In this document: positions 38,801 through 52,738 of the stretch, one piece after another
Numbering within the stretch: the first letter of the stretch is position 1
How the letters are laid out: every line of letters starts with the position of its first letter
Program-made: the position numbers and the translations under genes
NCBI RefSeq assembly: GCF_001194135.2
Contig: NC_068981.1
Location: 184,164,507 to 184,228,506, forward strand
DNA length: 64,000 nt
Direction: 5' to 3'
Origin: Octopus bimaculoides
Lineage: Eukaryota
Notes under the pieces: model-generated
Databases searched by the model: none
Seen by the model: the letters and a program-made list of their open reading frames with translations, nothing else
What the model was told of the DNA's origin: nothing

Positions 38801-40454
38801 AGTTCAAATACCACCAAAGTCGACTTTGCCTTTCATCCTTTTGGGGTCGATAAATTAAGCACCAGTGAAACACTGGAGTCGATGTAATCGACTAGTCCCC
38901 TCCCCACAAATTTAAAGCCTTGTGCCTTTAGTAGAAAGGATATATTTTCCAGCATATAAGTCCAATTTTTCAGGCCAAAATTTACAGCCAAAAAAGGTAG
39001 GTCAATTTATACACCAAGATGACTTTGTGAAATGCAACAGGATTTGGAAAGATTGGGATGATGTTTCAGTGTTTCCACACCATGTCTACATTATATACTA
39101 TGTCGACTTGAAGGCTGGAAAATATGGTATAATATGATAAAGCAAGTAAAAAGATTACCTTGTTTAAGAGTTATCTGTTCTTTGGGAACAGATAATTTCT
39201 CACTGGCTTTAGCTAGAGCTTCCTCTTGGTTTCTGGCACTAACCCATATTCCAGTGGAACTCTTAATATATATATAAAAAAAAGAAAACGAAAATAAAAA
39301 TTAACCCACTTTTCTTTTAAATAAATTTTATGACAAATTTCAAAACATATTTAGCATAACACATAACCGATATAAATTAACTTTGCATTCTATGTTATAA
39401 AATTCTAGAGTTGCAAACCTATACAAATGTGCTACAAAACTGCCTGGAGTCAGAATATCATCACCATCATTTTACACACCTTTTCCATGCTGATATGGGT
39501 TGGACGGTTTGACAAGATTCAATGAGTCAGAGGAAGAGGACCATGTCTTGTTCGAACATTTTACTTTCGTATAATTTCTATGATCTCCTAACACCAACTA
39601 CTTTACCAAATGTATTGGGTGCATTTTTCTGGCACCAACACTACAGGGGTTGTCTTGCTCCCAAGCAATACTAAAGAATCCTCTTAACTCCACATTGTCT
39701 TTTGCTAATTTACTAACCACTTTATAAAGTGTACTAAGAGCTTTTTATGTGGCACTAGTAATAATGAGAAGGAAGAGGAGGAGGTGACAGTGGTAGTCGT
39801 CGTCGTCATTTAATGTCCATTTTCCATCCTGGCATTAGTTTAATGGTTTGACAGGAGCTGGCAAGACCGGGAACCACACCAAGCTCCATTGTCTGTTTTG
39901 GAATGGTTTCTACAGCTGGAGGCCCTTCCTAATGCCAACCACTTTACAAAGTGTACTAAGAGCTTTTTTTTATGTGGCAGTAATAATAGTGAGGAGAAAA
40001 AGGAGGAGGTGATAGCAGTAGTCATCATTGTCATTTAATGTCCATTTTCCATCCTGGCATTGGTTGGACAATTTGACGGTGTACTGGCTGCTTTTTATGC
40101 AGCACCAACATCACTGCTTTTTACATGGCACCGGCACCATTGCATTTTGCCATATAAAAATATATGTCTGATTATTTTTCACATCTTTATCTTTTACTTT
40201 TCCCCAGTCATTGTACTGCAGTCATGGCAGGACACAATCTTGAAGGGTTTTAGTTGAACAAGTGGACTACAGCACTTATTTTTAAAAGTCTGGTACTTAT
40301 TCTATTGGTCTCTTTTGCTGAACTGCTAGGTTATGAGGATGTAGACAAACCAACATCAATGTCTTGTAAATGAATTTGGTAGATGGAAACTGAAAAGAAG
40401 TCCATTGCATGTGCGTGTGTGTGTGTTTGTGCAAATGTGCATGTGAGTGAGTCC

Positions 40455-40485
<31 letters not shown>

Positions 40486-43097
40486 TTAATATCTATATTT
40501 CATGATGGCATGGGTTGGACAGTTTTACAAAGATCTGATAAGACAAGGACTGCATTGTGCTCCAGTATCTGCTTTGGCATGGTTTTTTTACAGTTGGATA
40601 CCTTTCCTAATGTACTGGGTGCCTATTTTGCGCCACTGGTACTATTGAGGTCACCGTGTCACTTGCAAGTCAACAAGCTCAGGAAGGGAGGATGTTGCCT
40701 CCGCATGCTAGATGGGGGTTAAGGTATGAGGGAAGAGGTTGGAGTAGAGCAGGTTCTTGTTGTAAAGGAGCTACATGGCTACTCACATTCAGGAGAGAGA
40801 GAGGGAGTGAGAATGAATTAAAGGTATCTCCAAGGAAACAGACAGTGGTGACAAGGTGTCTGTGTGGCACCTTAGGTAGCAGGAATAGTAGTGGGAGGAG
40901 CGAGGGGGTTGTAAGGAGGGTGCAAGGGGGAAGAAGGATAGGGAGTGTGTGCACATTTGTGCCCTTGTCTGACTGTCATAATACAAGCAATATCATTCAT
41001 TTCCAATATTCTGCGAAAACATATTTGATTGTGGAGAAATATTACTTTACTTCAAACCAGGTGATGGTTGGCAACAGGAAGGGTCTCTGGCCATAGAAAA
41101 TCTGTCTCAATAACCCCTGTGTGACTCATGCAAGAATGCACATTGAAATGAAGTATTCAATCAGGGCTGGCCTGGAAGAACTAAACAATTACAGCAAAAA
41201 CTTTGTTTAATAGGTTGGCTAGTTCTGCAAATATAATGGATATTGTGTACAACAGTTCATTTATAAACTCACTACTTCCTGATGTTCAAGCACACCTTAT
41301 GATGATGATGATGATGAAGATAACATCAACAATAAGATAAGGAAAACAACAAAGACAAGAAGAAGAAGAAGAAGAAGAAGGAAGAGGAGGAGGACCAAAT
41401 CTAAAAGAAACGGGAAGGGAAGAGGAGGAATAAGTGGAGGAAATACCGAGGTTGATAGCTGCGGTGACGGCGTAGTGGTAGCGAAATAAGCAGGTATTTG
41501 GTGTCCCCACCACAATTGTCTGGAAATACACCAGTCCCTAAAGGAACAAACAGAACATTGAATAGATTATGATAATTACAGTCACATATATTTGCATAAA
41601 TTAAGTATTAAGCTCTGCGATGCACACACGTGTATGTATGTATGTATGTATATATGCATTTGTGTATCTATGCATCCTATCCATGGAGGAATATATATGC
41701 CAGAGAATTGGCCCTAAGCTACTTATGCAGTCATGGGCATTACTGGTGTCTCTGTTATCAAAGAAAGGTAAAGTTGCCCTTGACAGGATTTGAACTTAGA
41801 ACATAAGAGAAGCAACTGAATATTGAAAGACGTGATCCACATTACAAATGCTGTGTCTGATGGTCACAAACATTTGACAAACAATTAGAGTGTGTGCAAA
41901 AAAAAAAAATATATGAAAAAGATATTGTCCAGTCTGGAGCAGTAATCATTGTAATCCCTAGCTTATAGGGGCAAGTGATGACAGATGATGGCATAGTGCT
42001 AAAGGGGACTCACCTAAATAGATCTTTCGGCTCTCTCTCTCCCTCTCTCACACAGTAAAAACACATTCATACATACTAAGAACACTCAAGAGAGACTCTA
42101 TGTATCTCTTGATCTACTAGAAATAGCAGACAAATCTTCCTCAAATTACCTAGGGGCTGTATAAAACGTAGGACATATTGGATAATGTAGTCTTAGATTT
42201 GCTGTTTGATTAAAAGACAAGATGTCATGGTTGGAATGCCTTTCATTTCATTACTGACCCGGGGTTAAATAACAATATAACATCAAAGTAATATTACCTG
42301 ATATTCTGCAGCCAGTGGAACCAGATACTGTCATAGTAATCAGGGATGAAGCAGAGGAGGTTGTTGGTGACAGCCTGGATAATAAGAATTAATTAGAGCA
42401 ATAATTAGAACAAATTATGCAAAAAATGTGTCATTAAAATGATGACAATATGTGTGTGTGTGTGTGGGGGGGGGTGCATGTGTGTTAGTGGTTTTGTATA
42501 GCAGCATAAAATGATGTGTCAGATTGCTTCCCATAATGCCTAAATGTAATTTAGCCATTCAACAGAGATTGGTAAAATAAGTACATCATCATCATTTAAT
42601 GTCTGTTTTCCATGCTGGCATGGGTTGGATGGTTTGACAGGAGCTGGTGAGGCTGGGAGTCACACCAGGCTCCAATTGGTTGTTTTGGCATGGTTTCTAC
42701 AGCCGGGGTGCTCTTCCTAATGCCACCCACTTTCCAGAGTGTACTGGATGCATTCTACATGGCACCTGCACAGGTGCTTTTTATGTGGCACCAGAATAAA
42801 ATAATTACTGGGTTGACATGATTAACAAGAATAATTTGAAACGGGTGTCCCAGCATGGCCATAAATTAAACAAGTAATCTATTGGAGACCTAATCTTTGT
42901 TGTAATATATTTTGTAAACTTCATTATAGCAGATCACACACACAGGCAGAAATAGTTCTAATCAAGAAGGTTTTTGTATATATTCTTGCAGTCTTTATCT
43001 TTGGAAAAACTCACCTGAGTTGCTTTGGTTGCCATTGTTTTACAATTGAGGAACCACTGGTCCATCAGAAGAGGTTCAATAACATCTTTGGAACGAC

Positions 43098-43139
<42 letters not shown>

Positions 43140-46102
43140 CATAATAATGATAATAGTAATAGTAATAATAATGATTTCAAATTTTGGCACAAGGGAGTGC
43201 ATCAACAGTGAAAGAAGAAACATGGCAGAATATTTGGTAAACAGCAAAGAAGATCTGCTACAGTATGCTGCTAGTGCAGAAGGAGTTAACAAAAATGGAC
43301 TTGAGAGTGCTCATGAATTCCGAACAAGAACAGCCAACAAGAGAGAAGAAATACATGGAAATATTCCTTATGGAAATACATGGTCAATTCTACCGTGAAA
43401 GCAACAAATTAAAAGACCAGGAAGCATTATGGAGGTGGCTCAACAAGGAAAATGGCAATTACTGGACGATTTTCTGTTCGAGTCTAACCATTTTAAGTCA
43501 TAGTGGAAATGCGACGAATATTGCATAACTTTTATATTGAAAAATTTACTATATTCTGTACATACAATATACCAGCCTGCAGGCGCAATAAAGTGGGCTC
43601 GGAGGTGCATTTGTGCCCGTGGGCGGGGATTTCCCCACCTCTGCTGTAAAGGGTCTGAAGTAAGCACCACAAGACATTGCGTCAGACGCTTCACTGAGCC
43701 TGCCAAACCAACATTTGACTTAATTGACATGGAATATTTGATTACCTGCAGACAGGAAGCATCATGGAATGGTTGATCGTTCCATGGTATAAGTCTTTCT
43801 GTTTTAAGGATTTTACAACAGCTTTTCTTGCATCAAACCTCTTCATTCCCTGAAAAAAAAAAATACCAAATATTGGTTTAAAACTAAAAAAGATATAACA
43901 ACAACACTAATAAGAACACAATAATGTTGAGACCCCCTTCAGTCATGACTGACCATGGGATTGCACCTACAAAGTTACTCTCCAAGGTACAAGTCCGGGC
44001 AAGGTTGTTTTATGGAAGGCCAGTAGTTGCTTTTGCATACCAGCCTCTCCACACCACTGATGTTATCCAAGGGATAAGGCAAAGATACAGCTTGGCACCA
44101 GTGACGTCGCAACTCATTTCTACAGCTGAGTGAACTGGAGCAACGTGAATAAAGTGTGTTGCTCAAGAACACAACACGCAGCTAGGTCTGGGAATCAAAC
44201 TCACAACCTCATGATCGTAAGCTCAACGCTCTAACCACTGAGCCATGCGCCTTCACAACAATGAATATTTATAATTATAATAATAATAATAATAATCCTT
44301 TCTACTATCAGTACAAAGCCTGAAAATATGGGGAGGGGGCAGTCGATGACATTAACCCCAGTACATAACTGGTACTTATTTGATAGACCCTAAAAGGATG
44401 AAAGACAAAAGTGCTAGCAATTCTGCCAGCTTGCCGCCTTAATAATAACCATTTCTCTGTTGATAAATTAAGTACCAGTTGCATACTGGGGTCAATTTAA
44501 TCGACTGGACCCCTCCCCCAAAATTTCAGGCCTTGTGCCTAGAATAGAAAACAATAATAATCCTTTCTACTATAGGCACAAACATATTTTAACTAACCTA
44601 AAGTTTACTTATGCCTAAATATTGCTTGACACTGATATTACCATACTATATATANNNNNNNNNNNNNNNNNNNNNNNNNNNNNNNNNNNNNNNNNNNNNN
44701 NNNNNNNNNNNNNNNNNNNNNNNNNNNNNNNNNNNNNNNNNNNNNNNNNNATATATATATATATATAGATAGATCTCGGTCACAAGTCATTGCCTCGGTG
44801 AAGCCTAATGTTCAGAGGTTGTGCTTCACCACCTCATCCCAGGTCTTCCTGGGCCTACCTCTTCCACAGGTTCCCTCAGCCGCTAGGGTGTGGCACTTTT
44901 TCACACACTTATCCTCATCCATTCTCGCCACATGACCATACCAGCACAATCATCTCTCTTGCACACCACACACACACAACAAGCTTCTTTCAGTTTCCAT
45001 CTACAAATCCACTCATAAGACTCATAAAGTCCAGTCTGAGGCTATAGTAGAAGACACTTGCCCAAGGTACCATGCAGTGGGACTGAATCCAAAATCACAG
45101 CAAAACATTCAGAAGACAGGAGGATGAAAGTAAATAATGTAAGGTATTTCGTCTAGCTTTGAGCCATTTCTGTTTTTGTAGTAGAAATATTAGAGGTCTC
45201 ACCTCAAAAGGAGCACCAACATTGCACATAAGACCAGAGTCATCAATGATAGAGAAGGAAATTGGTAAACCATGCCGCTCACAAACTTCATAGTCCGTTT
45301 GATCATGACAAGGGGTCAGTTTGACAGCACCTGGAAAATGAAATACATTTATTGGTCAGTCAAGTAATTATTTCAAATAATGTGAAAGGAATATGGGGTA
45401 CCATTAGCATTTTGGTAAATGGAATCTACAACTTTGGTCATCATTGTCATCTAACCCATTATTCTGTGGCAGATACCGGTGTCATGCAAATAGCACCTGT
45501 GCCATTGGCATGTAAAAGCACCCATTACACTCTTGGAGTGGTTGGCGTTAGGAAGGCCATCCAACCGTAGGAAACCATGCCAACAGCCCAATCAAACCAT
45601 CCAACCGATGCCAGCAAGGACAACGGATGTTAAATGATGATGATGATGATGATTTAATGAGTTACATTCATCATCATCATCATCGTTTAACGTCCGCTTT
45701 CCATGCTAGCATGGAAAGCGTTCAATTAATCTTGCATTATTTTGTAGCCTTGCGATCTCAATGATGCAAATGCTTATTTTTAGAATGACGCCGGTGACAC
45801 GTAAAAAGCACCCACTAAACTATTGGAGTGGTTGGCGTTAGGAAGGGCATCCAGGTGTAGAGACCTTGTTGGATCAGATTGGAGCCTGGTGCAGCCGCTG
45901 ACTTTCCAGACTTCAGTCAAACCGTCTAACCCATGTCAGCATGGAAAATGGATGTTTGATGATGATGATGATGATGACATTGCAGGATCTGATCAATACA
46001 GTTAAATAATACACTCTGAAAGTGGTGTGCTCCAGCATGGCTGCAGTTCAATGACTAAAACAAGTGACAGAATAAGGAAATATAGTTATAGAATGTAAGA
46101 AT

Positions 46103-46192
<90 letters not shown>

Positions 46193-49100
46193 AAGAGAGA
46201 GATAGGAACCTTCTCCAAACTCTTTGTCGACAAACTCATCAGCAATGACTGGAATCTTTCGATCTGAAAATGGATGCTGAAGTAAGGCTCCATGAAGATG
46301 TTGGTAACGAGAATCTTCAGGGTGTACAGCCACAGCCACATCCCCAAATATTGTCTCTGGACGAGTGGTGGCCACAATGATCTTTTCATCTGCGAAGTCA
46401 GAATACAACAAAATATTAGCAACAAAAAAATATGGGATGTATATTTTAATACACGACTTTTTTTTTTAACTAGGAATCCTCTAATCTGAGCCCGAAAATA
46501 TTTCAGCCCTGATTAACCCTTTTTTTTTACCGTATTTATTTTGAGATGCTCTGTGTTACTTTCAATTAAGTTTGAATATAACAAGGAATTTAGTAAAATA
46601 ACTTAGTTATCATTAAGCTAGTGTTAGGAACATAAATTGTGACTAAGATTTGGTGGAAGATTTTAATTCAGAACTTATGCCAACAAGACATTTGTACTAC
46701 AGAGCCAGGGGCAGTTTCAGCCGGGTGCTACGACTGAAGCAAAAGTAAATCCCAGAAAAGGACTACTGCTCCCATACTTGAGATTCTAATGCTACTAAAC
46801 AAGTCATTTGATTAGCAAAGGCTCAATCACCAACATACAACAAACTCAAGCCCCACAGATATACTGTTCTTTTCTCTGTGAAGGTATATGACTTAGTGGT
46901 TAGCGCATTCAGCTCACGATCGTAAAGTCGTGAGTTCAATTCTCAGCAGTGGATTGCATCCTTGAGCAAGACATTATTTCATGTTGCTCCAGCTTATTCA
47001 GCTGGCAAAAATGAGTTGTACCTGTAATTCAAAGGGCAAGCCTTGTCACCCTCTGTGTCATGATGAATCCCTACGAGAACTACATTAAGGGTAAATATGT
47101 CTGTGGAGTGCTCAGCCACTTGCACATAAATTTCATAAGCATGAAATATAGGTGCAGGAGTGGCTGTGTGGTAAGTAGCTTGCTTACCAACCACATGGTT
47201 CCGGGTTCAGTCCCAACGCATGGCACCTTGGGTAAGTGTCTTCTACTATAGCCTCGGGCCAACCAAAGCCTTGTTAGTGGATTTAGTAGACGGAAACTGA
47301 AAGAAGCCCGTCGTATATATGTTTATATATATATGTATGTATGTGTTTGTGTGTCTGTGTTTGTCCCCCAACATCGCTTGACAACCGATGCTGGTGTGTT
47401 TACGTCCCCGTAACCTAGCGGTTCGGCAAAAGAACCATGTGGTTGGTAAGCAAGCTACTTACTACACAGCCACTCCTGCACCTGTATGAAAAGCTTTGAC
47501 ATACTTACCAGTTCCTACAACAGGATATGCAAATGAGGTTAAAGTTCCAAACTGTACTTTCTTAGCATAACCAGGAATTTCGAGTTTGGTCTTCCCTTTC
47601 AACTGCAACATTTCTATCTGAGAAATAAAAGAACGAAAACATCATGCATAAAAGGTAAATGGTTAAAATGCTGGATTAATGAATCCATGGCTCACAAGTT
47701 CAAAGCCACCTACTGACAGAGAACCCTTAGGCAAGGCACTTTACATTGCTATCTTCAGTTCATTTCTCTTTCTCTAACCTTCTCCCTAAAGAACTAATTA
47801 AAGGGCAATATTTTTGTACCTTTACTCCAGCCACATCTTCCAAAGCCATGATAATATAGATCACCATGGTCATACTGGGCCTTCTCAAAACCAAATCCAG
47901 GATAAGTCTTCCTTGAGGTACAAGGCAGAATGACTCCTGGTCTAGCATTGCTCTGGCTTACAGCTGGCACAGTTATTTTGTGCTTGACCATCCAGAGTTG
48001 TTTCAACACTGAACACTGGTCACTGATATAGCAATTACCTTTGCAAGTCTTCACAACCTCTACAGGTATTAGTTCCATGACTCTCTTGAGTCAGGTATTT
48101 TCAGGTAGGAAACATGTTGGTTTGCACCTTGAGGAAACCCCAAGAAACTCTTCTCAGACATCCCACATGGGATAACCAACTGTTGCCAATGCAGTCATCA
48201 TGGAAAGACCTTACACAGACCGACCAGCCTAGATGTACTGAGATGCTTATGTTTCAGCATATTTCTAGCAGAATTCAGAATTGCATGAGGTTCAACCGAG
48301 CTGAATTGGGGCAGACTTAAGCAAGATGTTATCCCACCATTCCATATGGCAAGATCAGCAGAACTAGACACGGCACTCACCGTGTATTTCAAGAGTCCAG
48401 CGTACAGAGATTGTTACAAATCACACAACACTATGATGGGTATCATCTTGGTCAGGTGATAGAGGCTCAGTCTAACATCCTACCTGATACTATATAAGGA
48501 CACTGATGTTCATTATCCCATGTCAGCATGGGTTACAGGAATACTTATCATTCAGGCATTATTTTACAATCAAATACCCTTCCTGTTGCCAACCCCTATC
48601 TCATTTTCAAGTAAAGGATTTTTTGTGTTATTTCACACACACACACACACACACATATATATGCACAAGCATGGCTGTATGGTTGAGAAGCTTGTTTTGC
48701 AACCACATGGTTTCAATTTTGTATGTACGTGTACATACATGCATGCATTTAAATAGTCTGCAGTGTGACTGGTAATGATATGTCAACGGTCGAAAGAGAA
48801 AAGTCAGGACAGAACTGGATGTGTAGAAGTAGGAAGTAAAAACAAGGTCAAATGTTGGAAGGTTGGTCTCATGGGTAGCAGGAAATAACTGGTACCCTGT
48901 CGGTTACGATGATGAGGGTTCCAGCTGATCCGATCAATGGAACAGCCTGCTCGTGAAATTAATGTGCAAGTGGCTGAGCACTCCACAGAGACATGAGCCC
49001 TTAATGTAGTTCTTAAGGAGGTTCAGCGTGACACAGAATGTGACAAGGCTGGCTCTTTGAAATACAGGTACTACTCATTTTTGTCAGCTGAGTGGACTGG

Positions 49101-52100
49101 AGCAACATGAAATGATGTGTCTTGCTCAAGGACACAACGTGCCACCAGGAATTGAACTCATGACCTTGCAATTGTGAGCCGAATACCCTAACTACTAAAC
49201 CACGTACCCTCACTGGGTGGCAAGCAATATAAATAGAGGAAGTGATTAACCTTTTACATATGGTGGAAGAGTTCCTGTTTCTCTTCCAAACTTGTCTGCA
49301 TGAGTGAAATAAGAGAGTCAGTAAGAATTTTGATATTCCCAGAAAATAATTATTTCATAAAAGTTTAACCCTTTAGCATTTAGATTTCTGTGTTAAATGT
49401 AATAATTATATATTCACATTGTTTTAAATTTGTCATGCATTATCTTATAACTTTCAGATTTCGATGATGTGACTGTTTATTTTTAGAATGACATTGTAAG
49501 GTAGGTGTGAGAGACCAGATTTGGCCAGTTGGAATATAAAATAGGTAGAATATTTGGGTCAGATACGGCTGGTTTTAAATGCTAAAGGGTTAAAGTATAT
49601 ATTTTAAAATTAACCAGACATCATAAAGAGAAAGCCTCACTTACCTCAACATCAGAAATGGCTGACTTGAGAACACAAGACCAGTTGACTAAACATTTTT
49701 TACGGTATATTAAGCCCTCGTCATGGAGTCGAATAAAAGCTTCGTTAATAGCTTTGGAGAGATTCTAAAATAAACCAAAGCAAATATGTGAGAAGGAAAT
49801 TATATGAAAAGAAAAGTTATTGAAAAGGAGCAGCCATAGCTCTGTGGTTAAGAAGCTCACTTTGCAGTCACATGGATTTGGGTTCGATCCCACTGTGTTG
49901 CCCCTTGGGCATGTGTCTTCTACTATAGTCCCTGGCCAACTAATGCCTTGGGAGTGAATTTGTTAGCTCCAATCTTATCTGGCAATGTTTCTACAGCTGG
50001 ATGCCCTTCCTAATGCCAACCATTCTGAGAGTGTAGTGGGTGCTTTTTACATGCCACTGAGGCAGGCCTGGCATCAATCACATTTGGACAGTGCTTTTTA
50101 CGTGCCACCGGCATGGGGGCCACTCAGGGGGTACTGGTATCGGCCACATTCGGATGGTGCTTTTTATGTGCCACCGGCATGGGAGCCAGTCAGGAGGCAC
50201 TGGCCACAGCTATATGATATTGGTTTTACTTGACTCATCAGGTCTTCTCAAGCATAATCTTGCGGGAGTCTATGCATGAATGAAAACTTTCTCTCTCTCT
50301 CTTTCTCACACACACGATGGGCTTCCATATAGTTTCTGTTTGCCAACTTTATTCACAAGGTATTAGTAAGCTTCATGCTATACCAGAGTACACTTTTCTA
50401 AAGTACTGTGCAGTGGGACCAAATGTGAAACTGCATTGTTGAGAAACAAACTTCTTAACCATGCAGCCATGCCTGCATCTGCACATTGCTGGAATCTGTG
50501 TGCATGTGTGTGTATTCAGTGTTGAAGTTATTGCTGCTGCTGAAGCTGGATTAATGCACTTGGTTGATGTCGTATCATGTCTTGTAATGTGAATCCCACT
50601 ACACTCTTGGAGTGGTTGGCGTTAGGAAGGGCATCCAACTGTAGAAACTCTGCCAGATCAGATTGGAGCCTGGTGCAGCCATGTGGTTCGCCAGTCCTCA
50701 GTCAAATCATCCAACCCATGCTAGCATGGAAAGCGGATGTTAAACGATGATGATGATGATGATGATGTGACCACAGGAAAGACAAGACAAATATCCTAAT
50801 GTTTTATGACTAAGTAATTTGTCAGAAGCTCTTACCTGATCCATTGTAAAAAAATGTCGCGTCCAGTCAAGTGAGGCTCCTAGTCGTTTCATTTGTTCAT
50901 AAATCGTGTTTTCTTTTCTGTCACAGAAACAGTAAATATCAAAATTGATAATTGACAAGACAACTGAAATAACATTAAGATTTTGTATTTTATACAAAGT
51001 AAATTACATATTGTATTTATATGATATATTCTGCATATATTATCATCAGTTAATGTCTGTCATGGATTGGACAGTTTGACAGGAGATGCATTAGACTCCA
51101 ATTGTCTGTTTTGGCATGGTTTCTACAGCTGGATGTCCTTCTTAATGCCAACCACTCTACAGAGTGTACTGGGTGCTTTTTACATAGCATTAGTGCCAGC
51201 GAGATCACTAAGTAACTTGCAAAATTGTCAAATAGAATAAGAAAAATATATAAAAAAATAAAAATACCATGAAATTAAGTTGGTATTCTTTATCCTAAAA
51301 GGAATATGTAATGCATATTTGAACAACTGCTTAATAGGGTGTACAGAAAGGACCCAGATTATAGTTTATCAAAATCTATGAATTACTTGCGTTTATTTAG
51401 GAAACTCTGTACTAGAGGTTTACTCAAGCAGTGCATTGCTGCATTCACCATTTGTTGGCATATTCCTGGGTCTTCCCGAGCAACCAGTCAGTCTCCATCT
51501 CTGCAAGATACTTTCTCATCTGCTGTGACCATGTGCCATGTAGCCAACCAATATAAGCCATAGACCTAGCCAGATCCTCAGTGAATAGAACATGGTAAGC
51601 AGGGTTTAACTCAGAAAATCAAGCAACATGGCCAAACAGTCTGAGCTGGCACTCGTGAATCAAACAGGCAACAAGGCACATCCTAATTTCTGAGTAGAGT
51701 TGTTGGTCGGCTACAAAATCTGACCAATGATAACCGATAATCCTGTGAAATGTCCTGGTACCAAAGGTGTTCAGGTGGTTCCTAAGGGTACTGGACAGTG
51801 TCCAAGTCTCATAACTATAGAGCAGGTCAGGGAGAACCAGAGACTTAAAGACCCAAACCTTTGTCTCCCTGCACTGATATCAACAATGTCAAACACCCTT
51901 GCCCAATGAAGTCAGAATTACTGACTAACATTAAAACAATTTCCTATTAAAATAAGGATTGTAAATTTAAAGAATTATTTACTCTATTTTCCATTTCCAT
52001 ACTTCTTCTAGAAATTTTTCTCTGCCAATATCATGTTTTGTGCAGCCCTTCTTCTTCCATAACCATTTCTCAATGATCACTTGAGTTGCAATGCCAGCAT

Positions 52101-52645
52101 GGTCCAGTCCTGGGACCCAGAGTACCTGGTGTCCTTGCATTCGGTACCTGTAATTTAGAACAGAGGAACAGCTTATTCGTTTTACAAATAACAATGTAAC
52201 TCTTCGGAAAAATATTGTATAAATAAATACTTTTCCATTATTTAATTGTAAAGGTATATAAGTGATGCAATGCAGGACATTCTCAGACAACTAAATAACC
52301 CTTTTCATTATAAGCACGTGGCCTGAAATTTTGGGGAAGGAATTAGATGGTTATATTGACCTCTGTGTGGAACTAGTACTTATTTTATCGACCCCAAAAG
52401 GCTGAAAGGCAAAGCCAACTTTGGCGGAATTTGAACTCAGAACATAAAGACGGATGAAGTGCCACTAAGCATTGTTTGCCATGTTGATGATCCAGCCAGC
52501 TCACTACCTTCAGACAACTAAATAATAAAAATATAAAAGTGTTTTGTAATTTGTTAGATATATAGAGAGACAGAGAGAGAGGAATAGGGCATTGATAGGT
52601 AAATACATGGAGGAGCAGCCAGAGAGGAATAGGACTTTAATAGCT

Positions 52646-52738
<93 letters not shown>

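Noticed and set aside
39718-40080. ~225-bp imperfect tandem duplication of a repeat fragment
   Set aside because: Ordinary local duplication of SINE/LINE-tail sequence with no sign of function.
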